Shown here: positions 28,452-37,018 of the stretch, one piece after another
Numbering within the stretch: position 1 is the stretch's first letter
How the letters are laid out: each line of letters begins with the position of its first letter
Assembly: GCA_012518885.1 (NCBI GenBank)
Contig: JAAYRG010000116.1
Coordinates: 1 to 44,117, forward strand
Length of the DNA stretch: 44,117 bases
Source of the DNA: Clostridiales bacterium
Lineage (GTDB): Bacteria; Bacillota; Clostridia; Lachnospirales; Lachnospiraceae
Direction of reading: 5' to 3'
Made by a program: the position numbers and the translations under genes
The notes under the pieces: model-generated
What the model was told of the DNA's origin: nothing
Databases searched by the model: none
What the model saw: only the letters and a program-made list of their open reading frames with translations

Positions 28452-30022
28452 GTCATGTTTTGCTCCCTGAATTCTGTTGGTGAAAGACCAACTATTTTCT
28501 TGAAACTCTTACTAAAATAATTGCTATCAGTATAGCCGACCTGTTCAGAAATATCTGATATTTTATTTCTTGGGTCAACAAGTAACTGCTTGGCCTTATC
28601 TATTCGAAACATAGTTATGTACTGGTTTAGAGTTTGATTAGTCTCATTTTTAAAAATAGTGCAGATATAGGAAGGTGAGAGTTTAATAAAGTCGCTAATG
28701 CTTTTTATAGATAGATTATTGTTCATATAATTTTGGTTAATATATTCTTTTATGTAAGTAACTTGGATGCTATCCTGCGCTACTTCTTTTGACTTATTAA
28801 TCAAGTCTCTAACGGAGTCTTCTAATAAAGAGTGAAGTTTTGTTAGGGTTTGGCAAGTCATAACTGTATCTAGGACAGGATGCTTATCACCTACAACTTG
28901 GCTAGTCCTAATGTGAAAGAGTTTTTCTATCTCTTCAAGTTTTAAAAACATCCTATAATAAAAGTCCTTTGCTGTATAACTTATAAAATTCAAGTTGCCT
29001 CTCAAGTTATAATATAGTTCATCTAATAAGGCAAAGGTTCCATTCTCATCCTTATTTTTTAGGTGGAATTCAAACTGTTCTATTAATGCATCAGGTAATA
29101 CGCTTATGTTATTTTTATTATCATTTTCCTTATAAACTATAAGGCTATTTATATCATGGAAGAAGGCATTTTGTAATGTTATAACAGCTGTATTATAAGA
29201 CTTGTAAAGATTGCTTATACCAGTGACCCTCTTACCTAGACAAATAAAGAAGTTGCCTATACTAGTAAGGTCCCTTGATAAATCTTCAAGGACTTTTGTA
29301 ATAAAACTTGATGAGGTCCTTAAATCATAAAACAAGTGTACAATAATGAATTCTCCTTGTTTAATTCCTATAATGTGCCTTATATTATTAGCAAATCTAT
29401 TTTTTAAATAGGCATCAATATATGTTTCAATAGATATAAGATTAAGGCTATTTAATAATTCGTCTGCCTCGATCATTCGTATAATAAAGGTATTAAAAAA
29501 GCTAGATGGATTTATGGAATAACCAAGCTCTTTAAGGTCATCTAAAAGCTTTTGTATTCTAGACTCAGTATTAAGATAATTTAATTCTAGTACAATTTTT
29601 GTAAGAGCTTCTTTCCTTCTAAGGTCTTCACTTTGTCTTAGCAGCTGTCTTTGACTTATGGTATTAGCTGCTCTTTTAATTGTGTCCCTTACCTCACTTG
29701 GGTTAATGGGTTTTTCAATATAGTTAATGGCATTTAATTTTATGGCAGCTTTAAGGTATTCTTTATCTGAATATCCAGACATGAAGATAAGACTAGAATT
29801 AGGTAGAATCTCATGAGCTTTCTGGGCTAATTCAATACCGTTCATTCTAGGCATACGTATGTCTGTTAATATAATATCTGGTTTGTACTTCTTAACAAGG
29901 TTAAGTCCGTTTATTCCATCATCTGCTTCGTACACATGGTCTATTCCGAGACTTTTCCAATTAATACTGCCTGAGAGACCTTCTCTTGTAAGTTTTTCGT
30001 CATCTACGATTAATAGTTTCAT
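28448..30022 (-). CDS. Response regulator with C-terminal AraC-type HTH (YesN-like)
   Basis: REC domain (LLIVDDEK, phospho-acceptor in LTDIRMP, YIEKP) plus an AraC HTH (GYTDSNYFSKSFKKIVGLSPTEFR). GGAGG lies 6 nt upstream of the ATG at 30022; the track's TTG at 30034 has no RBS. Confidence 0.9.
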   Translation of the reverse strand: MKLLIVDDEKLTREGLSGSINWKSLGIDHVYEADDGINGLNLVKKYKPDIILTDIRMPRMNGIELAQKAHEILPNSSLIFMSGYSDKEYLKAAIKLNAINYIEKPINPSEVRDTIKRAANTISQRQLLRQSEDLRRKEALTKIVLELNYLNTESRIQKLLDDLKELGYSINPSSFFNTFIIRMIEADELLNSLNLISIETYIDAYLKNRFANNIRHIIGIKQGEFIIVHLFYDLRTSSSFITKVLEDLSRDLTSIGNFFICLGKRVTGISNLYKSYNTAVITLQNAFFHDINSLIVYKENDNKNNISVLPDALIEQFEFHLKNKDENGTFALLDELYYNLRGNLNFISYTAKDFYYRMFLKLEEIEKLFHIRTSQVVGDKHPVLDTVMTCQTLTKLHSLLEDSVRDLINKSKEVAQDSIQVTYIKEYINQNYMNNNLSIKSISDFIKLSPSYICTIFKNETNQTLNQYITMFRIDKAKQLLVDPRNKISDISEQVGYTDSNYFSKSFKKIVGLSPTEFREQNMT

Positions 30023-30138
30023 TAGTACCTCCAAAAGTGGATGTTATTACCTTAATTAGATACGTATATGGTTATATTTAACAGTTATTTAATGTAAGAC
30101 CTGTTACATGTGGTAATTATAAACCAAAGTAGGGAAAC

Positions 30139-30210
30139 AATCAAAAGAAATTACCCCATATTGAACAAAGTTACGATTTTAATTGCAACTAGAACTTGCT
30201 AAGATATAGG
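30139..30210 (+). promoter_or_regulatory. Activator-type promoter region upstream of the M24-family gene (shared box plus -10)
   Basis: The 24-nt box AATCAAAAGAAATTACCCCATATT (30139-30162) is 20/24 identical to the box at 31547-31570. TAAGATATAGG (30200-30210) is 10/11 identical to 31609-31619. Box-to-(-10) distance is 61 nt here and 62 nt there. Confidence 0.6.
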
Positions 30211-30262
30211 CAGCAACAAGTAAATGGTTTATATAAATATTAAATCACATAGGAGGTTTATA

Positions 30263-31438
30263 ATGAGACCAGTTATTCCACGAGAAGAATATGATATTAG
30301 GCTAGAAAAAGTACAAAATATGATGGCAGAACTAGGCCTAGACTTAGTAGCAGCCTATGCTGATGATAGATTTGTATTTGGCCAGGCATATTCAAGGTGG
30401 TTAGTAGATTACCAACCAAAGTTTGAACCAGCCCTAGTTCTTGTGCCAGCAAAGGGTGAAATTGCAATTGCAACAGGTGGAGAATCAATTGACTACATAA
30501 CTACCCAGTCAATTTGTAAAAATGCTTATGTAGTAAGTGAATTTTTACATCCTGAAGAAGAATTTGTCCATGTAGAAGTAATTTCTATGAAGGAAATTAT
30601 TAAAGATATGGAAGAAAAAATGGGTAGGAAGGTTACAAGAGTTGGTGTTCCAGGAATTTCTACGACTTCTTATTCTGTAATGGAAAGCTTACACAATATG
30701 TTTGGTAAAGATAATGTAGTAGATATAGAAGAGTCTATGTCTATGCTTAGGGCAGTAAAGACAGAGAATGAACTTGAAGTTATAAGATATGCCTATAAGA
30801 TAGCTGAAGCTGGAATGAAAAGAGTAGTGGAAATCCTTGGTGAGGGGATTACAGAACGTGAAATAGCTGCAGAAGCAGAGTATGTAATGAGAAAGATGGG
30901 GTCAGAGGGTACAGGTATTGATACTATGGTTGCATCAGGAGTAGAGCATACAAGACCAATAGTTGTAATGCCTACAGATAGGGAACTTAGAAGGGGTGAT
31001 CTTGTTGTAGTTACCCTTGCGCCTAGATATAAGGGGTATCATGGAGCCATAGCAAGGCCCTTCTTTATAGGTGAGCCATCAAAAGAAATGCTTGATATAT
31101 ATAATCTTGTAAAGACTTCACATGAGAATACAAGGAAGATGTTACGTCCAGGAATCGCTGCTAAAGATGTAGATAGGGTGTCTAGACAACTAATTAATGA
31201 AGCTGGCCTTGGTAATCATTTTACATATACAGGGGTTCATAGTACTGGAGTAATTGAGTTTGAAATTCCTGTCCTTTCATCAGATAGTAAGGTTATTATA
31301 GAAAAAAATATGGTTCTTTCAATTGATATACCGATATTCCTCACTGATTGTGGCGGTATGAGATTAGAGAATGGTTATATAATTAAAGAGAATGAAACAG
31401 AATCATTAATTAATCTAGATACTCCATTTGTAGTTTAG
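30263..31438 (+). CDS. M24-family (Xaa-Pro peptidase/creatinase fold) protein with a degenerate metal site
   Basis: About 391 aa from the ATG at 30263, with GGAGG 6 nt upstream. It has a creatinase-N-like N-domain and a pita-bread C-domain. Aligned by eye to prolidase, the five metal ligands D,D,H,E,E read T (VVTLAP), A (YHGAIAR), H (GVHSTG), D (LSIDIP) and E (MRLEN). Confidence 0.85.
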   Translation: MRPVIPREEYDIRLEKVQNMMAELGLDLVAAYADDRFVFGQAYSRWLVDYQPKFEPALVLVPAKGEIAIATGGESIDYITTQSICKNAYVVSEFLHPEEEFVHVEVISMKEIIKDMEEKMGRKVTRVGVPGISTTSYSVMESLHNMFGKDNVVDIEESMSMLRAVKTENELEVIRYAYKIAEAGMKRVVEILGEGITEREIAAEAEYVMRKMGSEGTGIDTMVASGVEHTRPIVVMPTDRELRRGDLVVVTLAPRYKGYHGAIARPFFIGEPSKEMLDIYNLVKTSHENTRKMLRPGIAAKDVDRVSRQLINEAGLGNHFTYTGVHSTGVIEFEIPVLSSDSKVIIEKNMVLSIDIPIFLTDCGGMRLENGYIIKENETESLINLDTPFVV

Positions 31439-31462
31439 TAGGTTAATGTTTATATAAACTAG

Positions 31463-31499
31463 AGGTCCTATAATCTTCGAACCTTTGATTATAGGGCCT
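31463..31499 (+). terminator. Stem-loop after the M24 gene (weak T-tract)
   Basis: AGGTCCTATAAT / ATTATAGGGCCT 12-bp stem (one G-U pair) with a 13-nt loop. Confidence 0.55.
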
Positions 31500-31546
31500 T
31501 TACTAATTATGTCAATAATTTAACATAGGAAAATCATCTTAATAAT

Positions 31547-31619
31547 AATCAAAAGATTTTACCCTATAATTAAAAAAAATTACCCTATTAAATACTTTTT
31601 TCCAAGATTAAAATATAGG
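31547..31619 (+). promoter_or_regulatory. Activator-type promoter region upstream of the sugar ABC operon (shared box, 21-bp-spaced TACCCTAT direct repeat, -10)
   Basis: Box AATCAAAAGATTTTACCCTATAAT (31547-31570). TACCCTAT occurs at 31560-31567 and again at 31581-31588, exactly 21 bp apart. TAAAATATAGG at 31609-31619 has TAAAAT as the probable -10. There is no TTGACA-like -35. Confidence 0.6.
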
Positions 31620-31653
31620 TATACGATGAGGTTCAGATGAAAGGAGAAAAGGT

Positions 31654-33150
31654 GTGTCAGAATATATACTTGAACTAAAGGGTGTAACAAAGATTTTTCC
31701 CGGTGTTAAAGCACTTGATCGTGTCCAGTTCCAGCTAAAAGCTGGTGAAATACATGCACTGATTGGTGAAAATGGAGCAGGAAAGTCTACTCTTATTAAA
31801 GTAATTACCGGTGTACATAAACCTGATGAAGGGGAAATATTCATAAATGGAGAAAGGGTAAACTTTAGGGGGCCTAAAGATGCTCAGAAGGCAGGAATAG
31901 CAGCAATATACCAGCATGTTACTGCCTATCCACACCTTACAGTAACAGAGAATATTTTCATGGGTCATGAGATAGTAAGGAATAAGGTAGTGCAATGGAA
32001 GGAAATGCATAAAGAAGCAAGTGAACTTCTTGCAAAACTTGACGCAGATTTTTCGGCTACTGATGAGATGCAGTCACTAAGTGTGGCCCAACAACAGTTG
32101 GTTGAAATTGCCAAGGCCCTTAGTATGAAAGCTAAAATAATTATTATGGATGAGCCTACAGCTGCCCTTTCTAAGAATGAGTCAGAAAGACTATATGAAG
32201 TTACAGAAAAACTAAGAGATGATGGAGCGTCTATAATTTTTATATCCCATAGGTTTGATGATATTTTCCGTCTTGCATCAAGAGCTACAGTTCTTAGAGA
32301 TTCAAAATACATAGATCAGTTCGATATTGAAGGGGTTACAGAAAAAGAGTTAATTACTGCAATGGTTGGTAGGGAAATAACAGAAATGTTCCCTAAGATA
32401 GATGTTGAAATTGGGGAAGATGTTCTTAGAGTTGAAGGACTAAGTAGAACTGGTTTCTTTAAAGATGTTTCTTTTAATGTAAGAGAAGGAGAAATTCTTG
32501 GTTTAACAGGCTTAGTTGGGTCAAGACGAACTGAGGTTGTAGAAGCTATTTATGGTATAACCAAATTAGATAAGGGGCATGTTTACTTAAATGGTAAGGA
32601 GATTCATGTTAAGGGACCAAGACATGCAATGGAATTAGGTATAGGCCTTCTACCTGAAGATAGGCAGCAACAAGGTTTAATTCTAGATTGGGGCCTAGGT
32701 AGAAACGTTACCCTACCTGTAATGAAAGATATCTCAAAGAAGGGAATTACTGATGAAGCCAAAGAAAGAAGTTTAAGCAAGAACCTGTTAGAAACAGTTG
32801 GGGTAAAGGCCTTATCAATCTTTGATAAAGCAAGCTCTCTTTCTGGAGGTAATCAACAAAAAGTTGTTGTTGCAAAACAATTAGCCTCGAAGTTAAAAGT
32901 TATTATACTTGATGAACCAACAAAAGGTGTTGACGTTGGAGCCAAAGCCGCAATTTATGAAATAATTGGAGAACTCGCAAAACAAGGTTATGCTATTATT
33001 CTTATTTCTTCAGAAATGCCAGAAATACTTGGTTTATGTGATAGGGTTGTTGTAATGTGTGAAGGAAGAGTAACAGGGGAGTTTGACAGAAGAGAAGTTT
33101 CTCAAGAGAAGATTTTAGAAAAGGCAATGGCAAAAAGAACTATAGGGTAG
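31654..33150 (+). CDS. Sugar ABC transporter ATPase, tandem-cassette CUT2 type (RhaT/RbsA/LsrA-like), GTG start
   Basis: 498 aa. Cassette 1 has GENGAGKST and IIMDEPTAAL. Cassette 2 has a degenerate Walker A GLVGSRRTE, LSGGNQQK and ILDEPTKGVD. AAAGGAG RBS. Confidence 0.9.
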   Translation: MSEYILELKGVTKIFPGVKALDRVQFQLKAGEIHALIGENGAGKSTLIKVITGVHKPDEGEIFINGERVNFRGPKDAQKAGIAAIYQHVTAYPHLTVTENIFMGHEIVRNKVVQWKEMHKEASELLAKLDADFSATDEMQSLSVAQQQLVEIAKALSMKAKIIIMDEPTAALSKNESERLYEVTEKLRDDGASIIFISHRFDDIFRLASRATVLRDSKYIDQFDIEGVTEKELITAMVGREITEMFPKIDVEIGEDVLRVEGLSRTGFFKDVSFNVREGEILGLTGLVGSRRTEVVEAIYGITKLDKGHVYLNGKEIHVKGPRHAMELGIGLLPEDRQQQGLILDWGLGRNVTLPVMKDISKKGITDEAKERSLSKNLLETVGVKALSIFDKASSLSGGNQQKVVVAKQLASKLKVIILDEPTKGVDVGAKAAIYEIIGELAKQGYAIILISSEMPEILGLCDRVVVMCEGRVTGEFDRREVSQEKILEKAMAKRTIG

Positions 33151-33174
33151 AATTTAACTGGAGGTTAAGGAGAG

Positions 33175-34173
33175 ATGGATAAGATTAATTTAAAGAAGTT
33201 GATTAATGCAAGAGAGGTAAGCTTGTTTATTGTGCTGATACTTTTTGGCATATTTATTCAGCTTCGTAATCCGGCATTTGGAACGCCTAAAAATATAAAT
33301 AATATGCTTATTAACTATAGCACTACAATGGTTTTAGCTATAGGCATGATGAGTGTTTTACTTATTGGGGGAATTGACATCTCAATAGGGTCTATTTTAG
33401 CATTTGCAGGGATGGTATCTGCTCTTGTTATTAGAGATAATCCAGATACTAGTGTTTTTGTAGCAATTATGATAGCTGTTATAGTTGGTGGCTTATGTGG
33501 TCTAATCAATGGTCTTGTAATAGCTAAGGGTGGAGTACCACCAATAATTGCAACTATGGGTAGTATGAACATTTTAAGGGGCTTAACTTACTTAGTTGCC
33601 AATAACGAATGGGTAGCAGCATACCAAATAAATGAAGGCTTTAAGAAATTTGCCATGAGTAAGTACCTATCTTTTGGTCTTATTAATAATCTGATATTTA
33701 TAGCCTTTGTTATAGCACTAGTAGCCTATTGCTTCTTAAAATATACTAGACTAGGAAGAAAGATATATGCAGTAGGTAATAATGCTCAAGCAGCAGAAAT
33801 AAGTGGTATTAATATTTCACGTATTAAGATCTTAGTTTATACATTAATGGGAATTCTTGCAGGCCTATCAGGTGCCTTATGGGTATCCTTATATGCTTCT
33901 GCTCAAGGCGATATGGGTATGGGAATAGAGATGGACGTTATTGCTGCCTGTGTTATAGGTGGTGTTAGCTTAGCTGGTGGAAGAGGTTCGGTAGTAGGAG
34001 TATTACTAGGTGCAATAACAATAGCTATGTTAGGTAATGGTCTTCCGCTTATTGGAGTATCTCAGTTCTCATTGGATGCAATAAAAGGAGCAATTATTGT
34101 TCTGACAGTAATACTAAACGTTCTTCTACAAAGGCAAAAATTGAAGAACAGTCTAAGAAGGAGGGAAATCTAA
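33175..34173 (+). CDS. Sugar ABC transporter permease (RbsC/RhaP-like)
   Basis: 332 aa polytopic BPD_transp_2-type permease with a GGAG RBS. Confidence 0.88.
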   Translation: MDKINLKKLINAREVSLFIVLILFGIFIQLRNPAFGTPKNINNMLINYSTTMVLAIGMMSVLLIGGIDISIGSILAFAGMVSALVIRDNPDTSVFVAIMIAVIVGGLCGLINGLVIAKGGVPPIIATMGSMNILRGLTYLVANNEWVAAYQINEGFKKFAMSKYLSFGLINNLIFIAFVIALVAYCFLKYTRLGRKIYAVGNNAQAAEISGINISRIKILVYTLMGILAGLSGALWVSLYASAQGDMGMGIEMDVIAACVIGGVSLAGGRGSVVGVLLGAITIAMLGNGLPLIGVSQFSLDAIKGAIIVLTVILNVLLQRQKLKNSLRRREI

Positions 34174-35198
34174 TGAATAAAGAAACAAAGAGAGTCCTAA
34201 TAGCTGAAACAACCTTCTCTTGGAAAAAGTTCTTCTTAAAATGGGAATGGTTTTTGGTTTTAATATTTATTGGAATTAACATAATGAACTCATTTATTTC
34301 ACCTTATTATCTAAGTGTAAGTGGTTTACTTAGTGCAACCTCTTCATTTTTAGAAAAAGCCTTTATTGTACTTCCAATGGTTTTTATTTTAATAATGGGT
34401 GATATAGATATTTCTGTAGGTTCAGTGGTTGCCCTATCGGCAGTAATAATGGGTGAATCCTATAATAGACTTGGTTTACCTATGGGGCTAGCAATTATAA
34501 TATGTCTCCTTGTGGGTGCATTATGTGGTTTCATTAATGGATTTATTTTGATAAAATTTAAAGAACTTGCACCTATGATTGTTACCCTAGGTACTCAGAT
34601 TCTATATCGTGGTATAGCAACTATGATATTAAAAGACCAAGCATCTACAGGTCTTACTAGTATAACCTGGTTTAGTAACCTATATTGGGGTTCAATTTTT
34701 GGTATACCCTATATGTTGATTGTCTTTATAGTTTTTGCTGTTATATTTGGCTATATATTACATAAGACGAATTTCGGAAGATACCTATATGCAATAGGTA
34801 GTAATGAAACAGCAGCACATTTTTCAGGTGTTGAGGTTGATAAGGTTAGATTAATAACCTTTACCCTAACAGGCTTGTTCTCAGCAGTTACAGCTGTTTT
34901 CCTTGCCTCTCGTATGGGTAGTGTAAGACCTAATATTGCAGTTGGGTATGAGCTTGAAGCGATTTCAATGGTTGTACTTGGTGGTATTTCAAGTGCTGGT
35001 GGAAAGGGTAATTTCATTGGAGCAATCATATCAATATTCATTATTGGACTACTTAGGTATGGTCTTGGTCTAATTAATATTCCTTCCCAGGTAATGCTTG
35101 TTGTTATAGGTTCATTACTAATTCTAGCTGTATTAATACCACAACTTAACCTAGGTAAATACTTTAGAAGAAAACAAGGTGTAGTAAAAGAAGCTTAA
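34173..35198 (+). CDS. Sugar ABC transporter permease (RbsC/RhaQ-like)
   Basis: 341 aa polytopic permease. Its ATG overlaps the upstream stop (TAATG). Confidence 0.88.
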   Translation: MNKETKRVLIAETTFSWKKFFLKWEWFLVLIFIGINIMNSFISPYYLSVSGLLSATSSFLEKAFIVLPMVFILIMGDIDISVGSVVALSAVIMGESYNRLGLPMGLAIIICLLVGALCGFINGFILIKFKELAPMIVTLGTQILYRGIATMILKDQASTGLTSITWFSNLYWGSIFGIPYMLIVFIVFAVIFGYILHKTNFGRYLYAIGSNETAAHFSGVEVDKVRLITFTLTGLFSAVTAVFLASRMGSVRPNIAVGYELEAISMVVLGGISSAGGKGNFIGAIISIFIIGLLRYGLGLINIPSQVMLVVIGSLLILAVLIPQLNLGKYFRRKQGVVKEA

Positions 35199-35349
35199 AA
35201 TTATTATTTAGGATTTTAAAAGGTTTTATTTAAGGTTTTGGTTTTAAAATAGAAAGGGGGAAATGAGAAGGTATTTAAAAAGTTATTAATGGAGAAGTAA
35301 TTAAACTAAAACCTTATCAAAATATAATAATAAGATATGGAGGAAAGAT

Positions 35350-36450
35350 ATGAAAAAGAGAATTTTTGCAATTTTATTATCAATTACTGTAATAAGTGCT
35401 TTACTTGTTGGTTGTGGAAAAGACAATAACAAGGCTCCAGCTTCTGGTGACCAAACAAACAACGAAGATAATAAAGGCAATGAAGGTTCTGATAATGAAC
35501 TTAAGGGTAAGAAACTTGCTGTTATAGTTAAAAGTGCTGGTAACCCATATAATGCTAGACAATCATCAGGTTTTAAAGAAGTTGTTGAGGCAGTAGGTGC
35601 AGAAGTTATTGTTAAAGAGCCAGAAAGTGCTACAGCTGAAGACCAAATCGTTATGATTAATGAACTAGTTGCTCAAAAGGTTGATGCAATTGCAATTGCT
35701 GGTAATGATACTGATGCACTTCAACCTGCATTACAAGAAGCTATGAATAAGGGAATTAAGGTATTATCCTTTGACTCTGCTGTAAATGCACAAAGTAGAG
35801 CAGTTCATGTTAATCAGGCTGGTACTGAACTTATAGGTCAATCACTAATGGAAGCAATCCTTGATATATCAGGTGGAGAAGGCCAGTTTGCTATTCTTTC
35901 TGCAACTAGCCAGGCTACTAACCAAAATGCATGGATTGAAGCAATGCAAAAGGTAATGGAATCTGATGATAAATATTCAAAACTTGAATTAGTAGATATA
36001 GTTTATGGAGACGATGAATATCAAAAATCTGTTGACCAAACTCAAGCTTTATTATCAAACTATCCTGATTTAAAGGTAATTTGTGCACCTACTACAGTTG
36101 GTATTATGGCGGCAGCTAAAGTTCTTGAAGACCAAGGAGTAACAGCTTCTGTTAAGCTTACAGGTCTTGGACTACCATCAGAGATGGGCGACTATATTGG
36201 TGATGGTGACGATAAGTCAACACCTTATATGTACCTATGGAATCCAATCGATATTGGTAGATTAACAGGATATACAGCTATTGCTTTAGTTAAGGGAGAA
36301 ATCACTGGAGCAGAAGGTGAAACCTTTGTAGCTGGAGACCTAGGTGACTACACAATAGTTAAAGCAGAAGATGGTGGAACTGAAATTATCTTAGGCCCTC
36401 CATTCCAATTTAACCCAGAAAACATTGATGAGTGGAAAGAAGTTTATTAA
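35350..36450 (+). CDS. Sugar-binding lipoprotein of the RhaS/LsrB branch of periplasmic binding proteins
   Basis: 366 aa. Lipobox LLVGCGK, a G/N/D/E-rich tether and a type I PBP fold. Motifs VLSFDSA, TNQNAW and ICAPTT align by eye with the LsrB/RhaS-type proteins I recall. Confidence 0.85.
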   Translation: MKKRIFAILLSITVISALLVGCGKDNNKAPASGDQTNNEDNKGNEGSDNELKGKKLAVIVKSAGNPYNARQSSGFKEVVEAVGAEVIVKEPESATAEDQIVMINELVAQKVDAIAIAGNDTDALQPALQEAMNKGIKVLSFDSAVNAQSRAVHVNQAGTELIGQSLMEAILDISGGEGQFAILSATSQATNQNAWIEAMQKVMESDDKYSKLELVDIVYGDDEYQKSVDQTQALLSNYPDLKVICAPTTVGIMAAAKVLEDQGVTASVKLTGLGLPSEMGDYIGDGDDKSTPYMYLWNPIDIGRLTGYTAIALVKGEITGAEGETFVAGDLGDYTIVKAEDGGTEIILGPPFQFNPENIDEWKEVY

Positions 36451-36516
36451 TCATATTGTAGAAAGTCTGTATAGAATATATAATATAAATATATGCTATT
36501 GGTGTTCTATATGGCA

Positions 36517-36556
36517 AGAATATTGGTGTGAGAGTTTACTTTCACACCAATATTCT
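36517..36556 (+). other. Intercistronic 15-bp perfect hairpin between the binding-protein gene and rhaM (no T-tract)
   Basis: AGAATATTGGTGTGA (36517-36531) / TCACACCAATATTCT (36542-36556) with a 10-nt loop. Confidence 0.7.
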
Positions 36557-36595
36557 AATGTAAATTAATATCTACTTATAAGGAGGACATATAAT

Positions 36596-36907
36596 ATGAT
36601 TAAGGGTTTTAAAATGAAGCTTTACGAAGGACAAGAGAAGGAGTATGAAAGACGTCATAATGAATTATGGCCTGAGATGATAGACATGATTCATGAACAT
36701 GGTGGAAAGAATTACTCTATCTTCCTTGATAAAGAAACTAATATTTTATTTGGTTATATAGAAATAGAAGACCCAAAAAAATGGGACGAAAGTGCAGATA
36801 CAGCTATTAACCGTAAGTGGTGGGACTATATGGCAGATATTATGGAAACTAATCCTGACAATTCCCCTGTTACAAAAGACTTAGACTTATTATTCCATTT
36901 AGACTAG
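36596..36907 (+). CDS. rhaM: L-rhamnose mutarotase
   Basis: 103 aa. Near-colinear match to the E. coli RhaM/YiiL sequence as I recall it (EYERRHNELWPE, NYSIFLD, WWDYMADIM, NPDNSPV). GGAGG RBS. Confidence 0.88.
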   Translation: MIKGFKMKLYEGQEKEYERRHNELWPEMIDMIHEHGGKNYSIFLDKETNILFGYIEIEDPKKWDESADTAINRKWWDYMADIMETNPDNSPVTKDLDLLFHLD

Positions 36908-36956
36908 GGATTATATAAGAATAATTCTTATACATACTATTAATATTGGCCACAAA

Positions 36957-36990
36957 AAAATTAGGACTTATATACATAAGTCCTAATTTT
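36957..36990. terminator. Bidirectional terminator between rhaM (+) and the ABC-F gene (-)
   Basis: AAAATTAGGACTTAT / ATAAGTCCTAATTTT 15-bp stem with a 4-nt loop. The A- and T-runs within the stem ends allow termination in either direction. Confidence 0.85.
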
Positions 36991-37018
36991 AATTGCGTAT
37001 TAAGTTTATCAGCTATTT

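Noticed and set aside
31608-32312. Three overlapping minus-strand ORFs (31608-31844, 31735-32010, 31965-32312) opposite the ABC ATPase gene
   Set aside because: All lie antisense within a gene that has intact Walker and signature motifs. They have no RBSs and no recognisable motifs.
31654-36907. Calling the transporter an Lsr (AI-2 uptake) operon because luxS is in the window
   Set aside because: No lsrK, lsrR, lsrF or lsrG is present. The small downstream gene is clearly RhaM rather than LsrG, and luxS is 27 kb away in an unrelated operon. The ligand question remains as a lower-confidence finding.
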